Counted from the stretch's first letter, positions 46,144 through 58,700 are shown. The stretch is DNA of 64,000 nt from Spirochaetota bacterium (GCA_043803405.1 JAZDKB010000015.1:160001-224000); one strand, 5' to 3'. The notes: generated by a model not told the origin, from the sequence alone. Translations and numbers: made by a program.

Positions 46144-46938
46144 TTAATCAACATAGTAATCAATTGTAATATTTTTAATTTTATCGTTTTTAAATTCAAA
46201 AGTTATACTGTCTGGGTCAGAAGAAAAAGCAAGAGTGTCGTTCTCGTTTGTGACTGGTTCGCCGAATATTTTAATTATATCATCCTTTGATTTTTTAAAA
46301 TTAATACCATACTTCAGTTTTATTTTATCGTTTAGAATATATATATTCCGTAAGAACTGTTTAGAAAAATCGCGCGTCTGCACAATATAAAACCGATTAT
46401 TTAGAAAACATATATCAATGCAATCAATGATTACACCTGCTGAATGTTCAATTTCACCTTTATGATTTATCTGCTTAGATGGTTTACCAAACTGTGAAAT
46501 CAAATACTGCAGCATTGAATTTCTTTTATTAGTCCTGGATTGAAAATTATAATTATGTACATACGGATTTTGGATGAATGATTTTATGATCTTTTTATAT
46601 TTGTCTTCACGTACTTTTTCAAGAAAATATTCTTTGGATAATAGGCCACTGCTTAGCACCCAGCCTTTTTGATTTTTATAGATCACCTGCAGCCAGTACC
46701 AGTTTAATTCTTTTATTTCTGAAGCATAACTTATTTCCGACAATGGCTTTAATTTTGTCCCGTATGGGATCACTGCTAAAGTTTTGCTTTTTAGATAAGG
46801 TTCCTCTAACAGGTTTATACCTGCGTTTTCCGACACAATCCTCTCTTGGGATATTTCATCATTATGTATTTCATTATTGCTGCATGAAAATACATGTAGA
46901 ACCAATAATAGCGGTAAAATAAAAAGTTGTTGTTTCAT
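46144..46938 (-). CDS. SH3b domain lipoprotein
   Basis: Lipobox-like VFSC; GINLLEEP..S..LAVIPYG..W..V.Y....GWV.S. Confidence 0.75.
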   Translation of the reverse strand: MKQQLFILPLLLVLHVFSCSNNEIHNDEISQERIVSENAGINLLEEPYLKSKTLAVIPYGTKLKPLSEISYASEIKELNWYWLQVIYKNQKGWVLSSGLLSKEYFLEKVREDKYKKIIKSFIQNPYVHNYNFQSRTNKRNSMLQYLISQFGKPSKQINHKGEIEHSAGVIIDCIDICFLNNRFYIVQTRDFSKQFLRNIYILNDKIKLKYGINFKKSKDDIIKIFGEPVTNENDTLAFSSDPDSITFEFKNDKIKNITIDYYVD

Positions 46939-47013
46939 AATTTGACTTAAACTCCAAAAATTCGCTCTTCCAAAATTATTACTTTAACAGACCACCATAA
47001 TTTCTGTTTAGGT

Positions 47014-47970
47014 TTATTCAATATTAAAAACAGCCCAGCATATCCCCTTCACGACCTCACGCATTTTATTAAAATCAAGAGTATCAATAGTATCCGTATC
47101 CTGGTGATAGTTTGTGTTCCTGTAGAAGGCGGTATCCGTAACCATGACCGCATCATACCCGAACTTCCAGTAATTGCGGTGATCGGAGAAATCCAGCCCA
47201 TGTATAAATGACGGAGCTTTCAGCATACTTACGTCAATCGATGATCTGCGCATGTGTCTGTCAATCTGATTGGCAAAAGTAGAACTCCCGTAATTACTTA
47301 CGATTCCAATAAAGTTTCCTGTAGTGGGATAAAATAATTTTAAAATTCCAAGCGGATATGACTGAGATTTTTTTTCATCAGTGAAAAATCCGATCATCTC
47401 AAGACAAATCATTCCTTTTATGTTTACATTGCCTTTGCGTAATGACTCAGCATGAACATAACTTCCCATATTTTTAGTACCGAAAAAAGGGGGCTCTTCA
47501 AGAGTATATGCAACGAACTCGATCCCGTATGGCAGCCTGCTTTCATGAGTTTTTGCAAAGCGGGCGATTTCGAGCAGCCCCGCAACCGCGCTCGCATTGT
47601 CATCTGCGCCTGGCTGGCTGCCGCATACATCATAGTGAGCTCCGATAATCAGGCGGCTGCCATCCCGGGGTCCGGCATTGGCTATGATATTCCGGTAGAT
47701 TTTTTCAGACACAATAAATTTCTGCTCACGGGTATTTAGTCCGAATTTTTTAAATTCTTGGAGGATAAATTCAGATGCTTTAATCATCGATACCGGATGT
47801 TCGTAGTTTCGCGGAGGATCAATCGAAGTAAGATACTGAATAGTTTTCTTCATGCTTTCTAAACGGATGTCAGGTTCAGGATAAAAGTACTGCTTGCTAG
47901 CGCATCCGGATGTCAGGATCACGAAAATGAGAAGCAGCCTAATATTATGCTGGTTAAATTTACTGTTCAT
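47014..47970 (-). CDS. M28 family peptidase (lipoprotein)
   Basis: TSGC lipobox, IIGAHYD, PGADDNASAVA, LEEPP, SDH and YHQDTDT motifs. Confidence 0.92.
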   Translation of the reverse strand: MNSKFNQHNIRLLLIFVILTSGCASKQYFYPEPDIRLESMKKTIQYLTSIDPPRNYEHPVSMIKASEFILQEFKKFGLNTREQKFIVSEKIYRNIIANAGPRDGSRLIIGAHYDVCGSQPGADDNASAVAGLLEIARFAKTHESRLPYGIEFVAYTLEEPPFFGTKNMGSYVHAESLRKGNVNIKGMICLEMIGFFTDEKKSQSYPLGILKLFYPTTGNFIGIVSNYGSSTFANQIDRHMRRSSIDVSMLKAPSFIHGLDFSDHRNYWKFGYDAVMVTDTAFYRNTNYHQDTDTIDTLDFNKMREVVKGICWAVFNIE

Positions 47971-48052
47971 GATTTTCTCCGAGAAATCACAATACGATGA
48001 ACTTTACACTCTTTCGAGTTTGCTTTTAGCAGTTTGCAAACCAAAGAAAAAA

Positions 48053-48580
48053 TTACTCAGGAGGCCTGTACCCGATTTTAAATTTAAAAGCCCACAATGA
48101 CGCCCCGTCAAATGTTGGAACCCGTGATGCGGGACTGTTATGAAAATATCCTTTTTTAGTGACTATACCGATATGGCAGTTTCCTCCGCCTGTGCATTTC
48201 CCGTCCTTTCTTCCGCTGAATCTGTTAACCCAGACAATAACATCTCCCGGCTTCAGACTGCTTTCATCTTCTATTTTTTTCCAGTGTCTTAGCAATTCCT
48301 CAACCCTTCCCACTCCCAGCATTATTTCTTTAATCGCACCGGCCTTTTGCAGTATGATTGTGGCAACCTTTGCACATGCCCATTTGCCGTATCTGGTATC
48401 TGCATCGTTGGTTCTGATTCCATAAAGTTTTACGATACCATTTTCATCAGTAAAATACTTCTTATCCAGGGCTTTGCACGCAACATCGTTAATTGCCTTT
48501 GCGTTTTGAGCAAAAGCAGAAGAAGTAAACAGGCTATGTGTAAGTAAGATAACGAATAAATATATTTTAATTTGTGTCAT
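48053..48580 (-). CDS. Secreted NlpC/P60-like (papain-fold) Cys-His hydrolase
   Basis: Signal peptide; WACAKVAT.IL..AG, LKPGDVIVW, CHIGIV and FHNS. Confidence 0.6.
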   Translation of the reverse strand: MTQIKIYLFVILLTHSLFTSSAFAQNAKAINDVACKALDKKYFTDENGIVKLYGIRTNDADTRYGKWACAKVATIILQKAGAIKEIMLGVGRVEELLRHWKKIEDESSLKPGDVIVWVNRFSGRKDGKCTGGGNCHIGIVTKKGYFHNSPASRVPTFDGASLWAFKFKIGYRPPE

Positions 48581-48616
48581 AGGCTGTTTATTTTATTCAG
48601 ATCAAAAATTTCTGCT

Positions 48617-49096
48617 TTATTCTTTATTATCCGGCAAGCCTTCAATCCGGTGCCACATATTTTTAAAGCGAAAAAAATAAAACCAGAGTAATAACGAACC
48701 GGTTAAAGCTGCAGCAATTATTGCGCATAATGCCTGTCCAATTGCCATAAGCCCATGCCTTATGCCGTCAACGATCACATATGGCGGATTTACAGCTAAA
48801 AATAATGCGAAGAATATTATAAATGATCCGGTATATATGAATATTACTGAAAAAACAGTAAAATACCAGCGGCATAGCCTGAATAATATCCTTTGCAATG
48901 TATGTTTTCGAATGACCAAAAAAACAGGAATTATAAACGAACAAAGATAGACAAAAAGAAAAACGCATAGAAGAAAATTTGGTACATCTTTTAATGAACC
49001 GTTTATAATTAAAAACATTTGCGGAACTGCTGCATATGCGATAAATATGACATCAATTATAAAACTAACGTTGTTTTTCAAATTATTAAAACCCAT
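48617..49096 (-). CDS. Hypothetical membrane protein (about 4 TM)
   Basis: Four hydrophobic segments. Confidence 0.55.
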   Translation of the reverse strand: MGFNNLKNNVSFIIDVIFIAYAAVPQMFLIINGSLKDVPNFLLCVFLFVYLCSFIIPVFLVIRKHTLQRILFRLCRWYFTVFSVIFIYTGSFIIFFALFLAVNPPYVIVDGIRHGLMAIGQALCAIIAAALTGSLLLWFYFFRFKNMWHRIEGLPDNKE

Positions 49097-49137
49097 TTTA
49101 AAAATTGTTAAGATTATTTAAGCAAAAGCCTAATCGA

Positions 49138-49464
49138 TTATTTCAGTTCGGGACTTCCATCCCCTTTTTTCCATTTGCCGTCTGGATCGCCCAGCATTTG
49201 GCCGTTGGTTACTCCTGAACCATTGGAACATTTTTTCGCGAGAGTAACATCCCATATTCTTCCGTTTGCTTCATAGTCTTTGCCGAACTGTGTCAGATTA
49301 TCATCCAATCCTTTTCCATCAGCATGACAGATAGCGCACGAAAATTTTTTGCCGTTCGGAATATTCCTGATGTCCCTTGATTTGCCGGATACTTTGTAAG
49401 AAAATAAAAATGCGGCTGCAATTAACGCAGAATAGACAACAATGCTCCTTCTGAAACGATTCAT
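49138..49464 (-). CDS. Small exported protein with a single CxxCH motif (putative monoheme cytochrome c)
   Basis: Signal/anchor; IPNG..SCAICH..FG.D..W..TNG..LGDP.G.W. Confidence 0.6.
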   Translation of the reverse strand: MNRFRRSIVVYSALIAAAFLFSYKVSGKSRDIRNIPNGKKFSCAICHADGKGLDDNLTQFGKDYEANGRIWDVTLAKKCSNGSGVTNGQMLGDPDGKWKKGDGSPELK

Positions 49465-49575
49465 ATTATATCCTTATTGAATACTAAATATTACAAGTCA
49501 TCTCAAAATTAGATTTTATGTTCGATAAATTGAATTACTCACAAAATTTTTAAGATAACTTGTTATAAATTCCTG

Positions 49576-50916
49576 TTATATTGAAAATCTTTCAAGATGA
49601 ATCCGTGATTTTTTAATTTTTAATATCTTCAGTGCATGAAGCACTCTCCGCAGCATTGGAGCAGGTCCGCAAAAATAAAATCCCGTTTCCTCTATTTTTA
49701 GACCCCCGATTTTGAATATTGTTTCAATTTTTTCTTCATCGATAATGCCTTTTTTACCATTCCATTCATCTTCACGGAATACTACCGGAATATAATGAAA
49801 ATTTTTCATATCTTTCTTTAATAATTCTGCATCGTCAAACATAATCAGATCGCGCTTGTAATCAACGCCCCAGAACAATATGACCGGCCTGTTCCTGTCG
49901 CAAGCGTGCATGTATCTGAGCATACTAAGCGCCGGAGTAATACCGATGCCGCCGACAATAAAAACGATACCTTTCTCCTCAGGATGAAGCAGATAAGAGA
50001 ATCTTCCATACGGTGCGTCAATATAAGCTTTATAGCCGGTTTTAACATTTGCAATAGCTGAACTGTAATCGCCCAGAGCTTTGATTGTTATAGATATGCG
50101 CGTTTTATCCATAGGATGGGATACTATGGTAAACGGATGTTCCTCACGTTTTATTCCTTCACCTTTAATTCTGAAAAATCCGAACTGGCCCGGAAGATAA
50201 TTAAAAATTTTTCCATTGTCCGGTACAAGAACAAGCGTTTTAATATCATCAGAAAACGAAATCACCTCTTTTACTGTATATGGGTTGCGAATTACAAATA
50301 TCAATTTTATAAATTTATGATAAATATAAAAACATAGACCTATTGCAAGGTACATAAAAAATGCCAAATTTACATAAGGACTTACCTGTGCGGAACACGT
50401 CTTTGTAACATGAACGTACATTACAATAATAGCCGGGAGGGCAATGTTATGAAGCGCAACCTGGTACTCATATTTCGCGATATACAGTTTCTCGCAAAAT
50501 TTCCGGAATCGAAAAAACGGCTCGAACCGCATTAAAAAAGAGTCGGATATAAACACGAGTGCAAAAACGCAAACGCAGCAAAAGAGAATGAAAGCCGCAT
50601 CCCCGAATCTTCCTGCAGGTATTTCGCCCAGAGCAGACTCTTCGATAATTTTATGTGCCAGAACCAATACCAGGCACAAAAATGCCATAACGGCATGTAT
50701 TCTATAAAAGCGGTCCTGCCCGAACTCTTTCTCTAAAAATTTAACTCTGGATATCAGAACAAATTCCGCAATTAACCATGCATAAGCTGTTGCGCCCAAT
50801 ATCATTCCTATAAGGAGAGCAATATCTGAATATTTTTCCGGATCGGCAATGAACAATACTACGCACAAAGGCACAGGACTTAAAAAATATAATGTTATCA
50901 GGATTACCTTTTTCAT
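49576..50916 (-). CDS. Ferric-reductase-like transmembrane oxidoreductase with an FNR-type FAD/NAD(P)H domain
   Basis: About 6 TM with His pairs (IHAVMA..LAHK; LHNIA..YVH); PGQF, EEHPFT, GGIGITP, FCGP and ERF. Confidence 0.88.
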   Translation of the reverse strand: MKKVILITLYFLSPVPLCVVLFIADPEKYSDIALLIGMILGATAYAWLIAEFVLISRVKFLEKEFGQDRFYRIHAVMAFLCLVLVLAHKIIEESALGEIPAGRFGDAAFILFCCVCVFALVFISDSFLMRFEPFFRFRKFCEKLYIAKYEYQVALHNIALPAIIVMYVHVTKTCSAQVSPYVNLAFFMYLAIGLCFYIYHKFIKLIFVIRNPYTVKEVISFSDDIKTLVLVPDNGKIFNYLPGQFGFFRIKGEGIKREEHPFTIVSHPMDKTRISITIKALGDYSSAIANVKTGYKAYIDAPYGRFSYLLHPEEKGIVFIVGGIGITPALSMLRYMHACDRNRPVILFWGVDYKRDLIMFDDAELLKKDMKNFHYIPVVFREDEWNGKKGIIDEEKIETIFKIGGLKIEETGFYFCGPAPMLRRVLHALKILKIKKSRIHLERFSI

Positions 50917-51068
50917 AAATTGTTTTTTTTAATGACAATTATTTGGTAAATATAATATTTTCAAGAATATAATTTTCGATAATTTTTATTTTGACTTTTC
51001 CGTTATTAATAATAGCAATATCAATTGACCCGTGCAATCATTTATCTTAAGAATATAAAGGTATATAA

Positions 51069-51605
51069 ATGAAAAAAATACTGTTTTTAACAATTTGTTT
51101 CCTTAGCTTCATCTCATCGCAGATATTTGCAGAAAATAATATTAGTTATCTTCATCAAAAGAATTTTGCATATAACACAAACTGGCAATATAATATTTCT
51201 TTGCTTGCATTATCCGACGCAAATACATCGTCTGAAACCAGGGCTGTAAAAGCAAAATCGTCCGGAATAAATCTACACAGGATTCTGGGCTGGTCTACGA
51301 TTCTTTCTGCTGCTGCAACGATTATAACCGGAGCTGCCGGTGCAGGCGATGATAAAATTCATTGCGGTCTTGCAGGACTATCGACAGTGCTTGCAGCAGT
51401 TACCTGCGCAAATGGTTTTTATGAGTATAACGATACGATCGGATTTGACGGCGATAAACGCTATACTGCACACGCGGCTGCGGGCATGTTCGCGACTGCA
51501 GGATTCGCCGCCTCATTGCTGCTGGCGGACGGCAAAAGCCATGCTGCAGCAGGTAGTATATCGGGGGCAGCGTTTTTATTTACAGTTGGAATTATTTACT
51601 TTTAA
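51069..51605 (+). CDS. Exported/membrane hypothetical protein, 4 TM each preceded by His (cytochrome b-like?)
   Basis: Signal peptide; LHRILG, IHCGLA, AHAAAG and SHAAAG. Confidence 0.55.
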   Translation: MKKILFLTICFLSFISSQIFAENNISYLHQKNFAYNTNWQYNISLLALSDANTSSETRAVKAKSSGINLHRILGWSTILSAAATIITGAAGAGDDKIHCGLAGLSTVLAAVTCANGFYEYNDTIGFDGDKRYTAHAAAGMFATAGFAASLLLADGKSHAAAGSISGAAFLFTVGIIYF

Positions 51606-51890
51606 ATTAGCATTGTAAGATATGCTTCATGGCTGCTTTAATAGCTTCAGTAATTAATTCTCTGGAACATCAGCCTATTCGTTCTTCATTTTATTCTGTG
51701 CCCTGTACCGCAAAAAATTTATAAGTTATCCTGATTATAAAAGATATAGAAATCATAATAGTTTTGAATATAGACTGTCAGGTTTTTTCTGAAAAACTTA
51801 TATACAATAAAAAATTATTGTTTTAATTTAGTATTGCTATTATTCTTTTAATATCACTCTTACCCATTATTTTAAAGGAAACAGATTATA

Positions 51891-51997
51891 CTTATTGCAA
51901 ATCTAAAGTGTCATTTCGACCGAAGAGGGAAATCTATCTTTGGAAATTAAGAGATTTCTCGTCGCTACGCACCTCGAAATGACAGTTCTGCAACAAG
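51891..51997. repeat. REP-like palindromic element (tgtcatttcga...tcgaaatgaca)
   Basis: Perfect 11-bp arms 51909-51919/51974-51984; inner gaaatct/agatttc; outer cttattgca/tgcaacaag. Confidence 0.8.
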
Positions 51998-52135
51998 TCT
52001 ATTATATAAATACAAATCGAATTAAAAGGATTTCTGATTCAATCAACCAATTTGCTGAAAAATAATGATTCGAAAAATGGAAATTAGTTTAATTTATATA
52101 ATATGGTTACAATTTTTTATAGTTAAGAATAATAA

Positions 52136-54844
52136 ATGAGGTATACATATATGAAACCGACGATTAAAAATAACAGCCCAGCCTGGCATACACTGTCCAT
52201 CGAAGACGTATTCTCTCACTTAAAAGCAACACCCGCAGGCCTGACAGTACCGGAAGTGCTTGAGCGTATGGCGGAATATGGTCCGAACGAACTGCAGGCC
52301 GCCCATCGCATATCGCCATGGACAATTCTTATTGATCAGTTTAAAAATGTATTAATTATCATACTTCTTGCAGCTACTGTACTTTCTTTTTTCCTTGGTC
52401 ATGGCATTGAATCCATTGCCATTGCAGTTATAGTACTTTTTGCGGTGTTCCTGGGATTTATTCAGGAATTCCGGGCAGAGCGCGCAATTGAGGCTTTGAG
52501 ACAAATGGCAGCGCCGACTGCTGCAGTGCTCCGCGATGGACAGGAAGTAAGCCTTCCAGCCAGGGAACTTGTTCCCGGGGATGTTATAGTGCTGACTGCA
52601 GGCAACAAAATCCCGGCAGACGCAAGGTTGCTCGAATCCGTCAATCTGCAGGTCGAAGAAGCTGCGCTTACCGGAGAATCGCTGCCGGTAGACAAGAATA
52701 CATCAGTTCTTGACAACCGCGATCTGGCCTTGGGAGATCGAAAAAATATGATTTTTGCCGGTACGGCCGCGACTTATGGACGGGGCCGCGCGATGATTGT
52801 TGCAACAGGCATGAATACCGAGCTTGGCAAGATAGCTCAAATGCTAGAGACAGTTGAAACAGGCAAGACTCCTCTGCAGGAAAATCTCAATAAGGTCGGC
52901 CACATGCTGGCACGTGCAGCACTTGTAATAGTTGCACTTATTGTAGCACTCGGACTGTTCAGGGGTCAGCCGGTCATCGAGATGCTGATATTCGGTATCG
53001 CTCTGGCTGTGGCTGTAGTCCCTGAAGCCTTGCCAGCCGTGGTTACCATCTCACTCGCTCTTGGAGTACAGAGGATGGTAAAACGCAACGCGCTTATGCG
53101 GCGCCTTCCGGCTGTTGAGACGCTTGGCAGTACGTCAGTTATCTGTTCCGATAAAACAGGTACGCTTACAAAAGATGAGATGACTGCCCGCAAAATTTTT
53201 GCCGGAGGACAAATTCTGGAAATATCCGGAGCCGGTTATGATCCGAAAGGCAAATTCTCGTTAAATGGGACAATTGTTGAGCCATCCGGCCCTTTACTGC
53301 AGCTGCTTAAAGCATCCGCTCTTGCCTCCGACGCTCATATAACTCATGATGAGGAAGACGGCCGCTGGCATGTTAAAGGCGACCCTACCGAAGGCGCACT
53401 GGTAGTAGCTGCCGCCAAAGCCGGATTGTCCAAAGCGGATCTTGATTTGAAATTTCCCCGCGTTAATGAAATCCCATTCACTTCAGAAACCAAACGCATG
53501 ACTACTATTCATACAGGGTTCGGGGAGAGCATGGCTTTTTCCAAGGGCGCGCCGGAAGTTATCCTCGGTTCCTGTGTAAAGCAGTTAAGCACTGAAGGGG
53601 AAATATCGCTCGATACTGCCGGCAGGGATGCAATTCTTGAAACAGCCAGAAGTATGGCTGGCGAAGCCTTGCGTGTACTGGCTGTGGCAAGTAAGCAGGC
53701 TTCACAACCGGAAAACGCAGAAAATGAAATGACCTTTCTCGGATTGGTGGGAATGATTGACCCGCCGCGCCCTGAAGCAAAAGAGGCAATCCAGAAATGT
53801 GAGCAGGCCGGTATCAAAGTAGTAATGATCACAGGCGATCATCCAATCACAGCGCAGGCTGTTGCGCGCGAACTGGGGCTTCTTAAGACCGGGCGCGTTA
53901 TTACAGGCATAGAACTTGAAGCAATGAGCGAAGAAGAATTCGACCGGGAGGTCAAAAACATCGAGGTTTATGCCCGTGTCTCTCCGGCTCATAAATTGCG
54001 CGTGGTTACTGCCATGCAGAAGAAAGGTTACGTTGTCGCGATGACAGGCGACGGTGTGAATGACGCGCCGGCTCTCAAGAAAGCAGATATCGGAATCGCG
54101 ATGGGCATCACCGGAACTGACGTTACAAAAGAGGCTGCCGCAATGACGCTTACGGATGATAACTTTGCTTCAATCGTAGCTGCTGTTGAAGAAGGCCGTG
54201 GCATTTTCAGCAACATCAAGAAATATCTTATGTACCTGATCTCATCCAATATAGGCGAAATCGGTTTAATGGCAGGGGCAACTCTAATGGGACTGCCGCT
54301 GCCTTTGACGGCAGTGCAAATCCTGTACGTTAACCTGGCAACTGACGGCCTGCCCGCTCTGGCTTTATCAGTTGACCCGCGCGAACCGGACCTTATGCTT
54401 CGCAAACCGCGTAATCCGCGCACTGGTATTTTTACAAGGCCGGTTATAGTCCTTATGGTAACCGGTGGAGTATGGTCTGCACTTGTAAACTTAAGCCTGT
54501 TCGCATGGGCGCTGAATACTGACAGGAGTGTTGAAGAAGCCATTACTATGACTTTCGTTTCACTGGTGCTCATCCAGTTCTTTAAAGCCTATAACTTTCG
54601 CTCCGACCGCAATTCAGTGCTTAACCGGCCGTTCATCAATAAGTGGCTTAACATAGCCATACTGTGGGAACTTGCGTTGCTGGCACTCATCATTTATATT
54701 CCTTTCCTGCAGAGACCGTTCGGAACCTTTAGTTTGCCGTTGATTGATTTGATAATAATTATCCTTCTTTCGCTTACTATTTCACCTGTACTTGAATTAG
54801 TGAAGTGGATGGAACGTCGCGGCTGGTTCGGTACGCTGAACTAG
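52136..54844 (+). CDS. P-type ATPase, P2A (Ca2+-type); start 52136 or 52151
   Basis: TGES, VPEALP, DKTGT, KGAPE, DPPR, TGDGVND, SSNIGE and VNLATDGLP. Confidence 0.95.
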   Translation: MRYTYMKPTIKNNSPAWHTLSIEDVFSHLKATPAGLTVPEVLERMAEYGPNELQAAHRISPWTILIDQFKNVLIIILLAATVLSFFLGHGIESIAIAVIVLFAVFLGFIQEFRAERAIEALRQMAAPTAAVLRDGQEVSLPARELVPGDVIVLTAGNKIPADARLLESVNLQVEEAALTGESLPVDKNTSVLDNRDLALGDRKNMIFAGTAATYGRGRAMIVATGMNTELGKIAQMLETVETGKTPLQENLNKVGHMLARAALVIVALIVALGLFRGQPVIEMLIFGIALAVAVVPEALPAVVTISLALGVQRMVKRNALMRRLPAVETLGSTSVICSDKTGTLTKDEMTARKIFAGGQILEISGAGYDPKGKFSLNGTIVEPSGPLLQLLKASALASDAHITHDEEDGRWHVKGDPTEGALVVAAAKAGLSKADLDLKFPRVNEIPFTSETKRMTTIHTGFGESMAFSKGAPEVILGSCVKQLSTEGEISLDTAGRDAILETARSMAGEALRVLAVASKQASQPENAENEMTFLGLVGMIDPPRPEAKEAIQKCEQAGIKVVMITGDHPITAQAVARELGLLKTGRVITGIELEAMSEEEFDREVKNIEVYARVSPAHKLRVVTAMQKKGYVVAMTGDGVNDAPALKKADIGIAMGITGTDVTKEAAAMTLTDDNFASIVAAVEEGRGIFSNIKKYLMYLISSNIGEIGLMAGATLMGLPLPLTAVQILYVNLATDGLPALALSVDPREPDLMLRKPRNPRTGIFTRPVIVLMVTGGVWSALVNLSLFAWALNTDRSVEEAITMTFVSLVLIQFFKAYNFRSDRNSVLNRPFINKWLNIAILWELALLALIIYIPFLQRPFGTFSLPLIDLIIIILLSLTISPVLELVKWMERRGWFGTLN

Positions 54845-55022
54845 AAATTCAGCTTGGTAAAACTTTTTTTCAGCAAGAATAAATATATTTAAAATATATT
54901 TTTTTCTATCGATAATATTTTCCACAATATTTAGAAACTATCGCAGTAAAATCTATTTGACTTTTAGGAATATTAAATTGAGATTTCCGTTAATAGTCTG
55001 TTTTCCAAAAAGGATTTTTATT

Positions 55023-55739
55023 ATGAGTTATAAATATGTCAGATGGGTTTTAATTTATATGATAATATTTGCACTTGTTTTTACTGCAAAATTATATGCC
55101 CAGGAAGATGCAACTCCAAGTGAAAATTCACCCAGAAGATATTTCAATGCCTATATTTATCCGGCATCATTAATATTAACCTGCCTTATGCTCCCGGATT
55201 CTGACAATGATAAAGACAGCAACTATACAACTGAAAAAACTGAAAAAGACAGAACATATTTTACAAATATTTATTTAACCTTTGAATTTATTCCGATCAA
55301 TCCTTTAAGTATCATTATTACACCTTCATATCAGGGATGGAATTTTACGGATGAGGGATATGAAGATAAAGGTAAATTGAATCATGACAGGATAGGAGGC
55401 GATTTAGGATTACGTTTATATTTTACCGGAAATCCAAACTTGGATGGATTTTTTATTCAGGCAACAGGCGGTATGTACTATTTCAGCAGAGATATTAATT
55501 ATAAAGATAACTCTGTAAAAACTGCTTCGTACAGGGCTGTTTTATATCAGGGAATGGGATATATCGGTTATAAATACGGCGTAGCTTGTTTCAGCATAGG
55601 TGCCGGATATAATTATTATAAAGATAAAAAATTATCATATAAATATAAAGATGAAAGATATGATCTCAGGGAGGACATGGCGCAGAGAGGCTTTGCGATA
55701 GACGTATCACTTTCCATCGGATTATTCTATGAATATTAA
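55023..55739 (+). CDS. Probable outer-membrane beta-barrel protein (ATG at 55023)
   Basis: Signal peptide; LGLRLYF..LDGFFIQ, IGYKY, SIGAGY and SLSIGLFYEY. Confidence 0.6.
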   Translation: MSYKYVRWVLIYMIIFALVFTAKLYAQEDATPSENSPRRYFNAYIYPASLILTCLMLPDSDNDKDSNYTTEKTEKDRTYFTNIYLTFEFIPINPLSIIITPSYQGWNFTDEGYEDKGKLNHDRIGGDLGLRLYFTGNPNLDGFFIQATGGMYYFSRDINYKDNSVKTASYRAVLYQGMGYIGYKYGVACFSIGAGYNYYKDKKLSYKYKDERYDLREDMAQRGFAIDVSLSIGLFYEY

Positions 55740-55745
55740 ACAGAT

Positions 55746-58700
55746 CTAATTCATCTTCCTTATCTCTTCCAATACCTGCTCCAGTCTTTTCCCGGAGATC
55801 TTTATTCCAGACTTTATCTCGGGTGCGAAAACGGAAATCTTGTATTCTTCTATAAGCCAGAAGAATGTCCTGAGAGCTTTCTTTTTTTCATTTGAGGTTG
55901 TCTTTGTAAGGATATTGTATTCATGATCCAGAGCGTCTTTAAATAATAATATTTCCTTTTCTTTCTGGATATCCTTTTGAAGATTAGCGCATCCGCGCTC
56001 CGCTCTGATCGCCAAGGCCTTGATGTATTTTCCGAGACTAGCGAGTTCGTTATCATCATAAACAAGCAGAAAATCGCGCGGAACAAGAATGTTCAGTTCG
56101 TCTTTAATTTTATTCAGAAAAACGAGGTTCGGTTTAATGGCTTTATTTTGCAATTTTAAAATGCCAAGTTTATCTGTTGCTGTTGTATAATTCTCAAGTA
56201 CATCGATCAGTAAAAGACGGAGATGGACTCCGTGTTCCCGTAAGGATTCCCGCATCATTTTAATATTATTAATAAAGTCCTGCTTTGATCTTATATCCTT
56301 ATAAAAATTTTTACTCATCATCCGCTTGTGATATTGTTCCCGGATCGATGAAAGCCCTCCGAAAAGCATGACAGCACTTTTTAATTCATCCGGAACATCG
56401 AGTTCATTTTTAATTATGTTCAGCTGGCCGGATAATTCTTTTGCCGTTAGTTCCGCGACAGCTTCCTTGTGAGAACCGGCTGCTGTTTCCATGTCCATGA
56501 AAATCCGCAGGCTTAGCTTCCCGTTCTCTTTTCTCAGCCCGGGATAAAAAACAAACTGTAACCCATTTTCATTTTTTGTTTTTATTTCTTCCGGCAGATC
56601 GCCGAAATCCCATTCGCGGATATCTTCTTTTTCCCATTTGTTTTTTATTTCATTAAAGGCGCGTGCTTTATATTTTTCGGTCAGCTCCCTGATAATATTT
56701 CCAGCGTCTTTGCCGGATGTTATCTCAATGCCGTTTTTATCTCTTATGGATAGTTTTAATCTCAGATGATCCGGTAATTTCTCCGGAGGCCATTCCTGAT
56801 TTGGTATCTCAATATTATATTTTTCATAAATAAATTTTTGAAGCGACGCGATCATAGGATTGCCTTTCGGCATTTCCCTAATAATCTTTTCAACTGAGTC
56901 TGCCGCCGGTATAAAATACCTCCTGTACTGCTTTGGCAGGTTCTTTATCAGTTCGGTAATTTTTTCTCTGTATAGTCCGGGGATCGCTGATTCAATTAAA
57001 TTAATATTTATAGACTGTAATACTGAAACAGGGATGATAAGTGTTATGCCGTCATCCTCGCTTCCCGGATTAAACTTATATAACAAATCCAGCGTAATGT
57101 TATTTATGGATATCGTTTCAGGATATTCCTTTAACTTATTATAATCCGGCAAAGAAGAAAGCATGTCCTCATCATTCATGCATAAAAAATCATCATTCCT
57201 GTTCTTTTTTATAAGCGAATCAAGAGTGCCGATATTATATGCATCATGTATGTGATCAGCATAAAACATATACAGATCATCCCTGCTTATAAGTATCTTT
57301 TTGCGTATCCTTTTTTCAATCCGCATAAAGTTTTTTATAAGCTCTACGTTATGCTGCAGGAACTGAAACTCACGGCCAAGCTGAAAGAGTTCTGCTGTTT
57401 TTCCTGCGTATGCCGTGCCGTCAAGCCCGATCTCGGTAAACATATCCTCTATAAGCGCATCGCGTATAAAGACTTTGCATGCTTCCTCAGGATTCTTCCT
57501 GCCGTATAGAACCCTTCTGTTTCTGATAATTTCAAGGCCGTATAACGTAACTTGTTCAGAGGCATATACATCGCCCTTTTCCCTGTCCCAGTACGGGTCT
57601 CTGTACGAATATTCGCACAGATCTCCTGCAAGCTCCTCCAGCCAGTCCGGCTTTATATTCGCTGCAGTTCTCGCGAATAAAAGCGAAGTCTTTACTAATT
57701 CCGCGCACACTATCCAGTCTTTCGCCCTGCCGAACAGTCCGGAACCCGGAAATATCACCACTTCCCTCTGCTTTGATGCAATGAACAGGTTGTTTGTTTT
57801 TTTATTTGCAATGTTTGATAAAAAACCTGTCAGTATGGATTTATGTATTGCATTGTACAGCAGGTCATACTCCTTAATAAATCTGTGCTTTTTCTTAACC
57901 GCTTTTTTCAATGTAAGACCATTCTCTTCGAGCGTACCCGAAAGCTGCGCGTGGATTTCCCGTATATCTTTCATCCTGTTGTATGATATAAAATTTTCCC
58001 TGCAGAATTTCCTTATCTTATTCTGGCTCGCATTGTCATTATACAGATCAGTAAATTTATTCCATATATTCAAAAGAGTAATAAAGTCCGAAGAACGGTC
58101 TGTAAAAGCGGCATGTTTTTTATCCGCTTCGTTTTCTTTACCTGGTGGCCTTTCCCTCGGATCCTGAACCGAAAGCATGGAAGCAATGGCAAGCACTTCT
58201 GACATGCATTTACGTTCGCCTGCTTCAATAAGCATTCTGGATAATCTCGGATCAACTGGGAGAGCTGCCATTATCCTGCCCCTGTCAGTAAGAGAAAAAC
58301 TATTATCTTCCTTTCGGATAGCACCAAGTTCAATCAGGGTATTATATCCGTCAGTAATCGCCTGCTGCTTAGGTTTATCAATGAAGGGGAATAGCGATAT
58401 ATCGCCAAGCCGCAGTGCTGTCATTTTCAATATGACTTCCGCGAGGTTTGTCCTGAATATTTCAGGCTTTGTGAACCGGTCACGGCCTTCATAATCCTCT
58501 TTAGCATACAGCCTTATGCACACGCCCTCCCTTACCCTTCCGCATCTTCCCATTCTCTGGTCCGCGCTGCTTCCGGAAATTGCTTTTATTGGCATGGATA
58601 CGATTCCGCTGGTAGGCGAATATTCGGACATCCTTGCGAGCCCGGTATCTATAACATAACTTATATTCGGTATTGTTAGCGATGTCTCTGCAATGTTCGT

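Noticed and set aside
43170..50916. Integron cassette array (many short co-oriented accessory genes)
   Set aside because: I saw no attC-like RYYYAAC...GTTRRRY palindromes between the genes and no integrase in the window.
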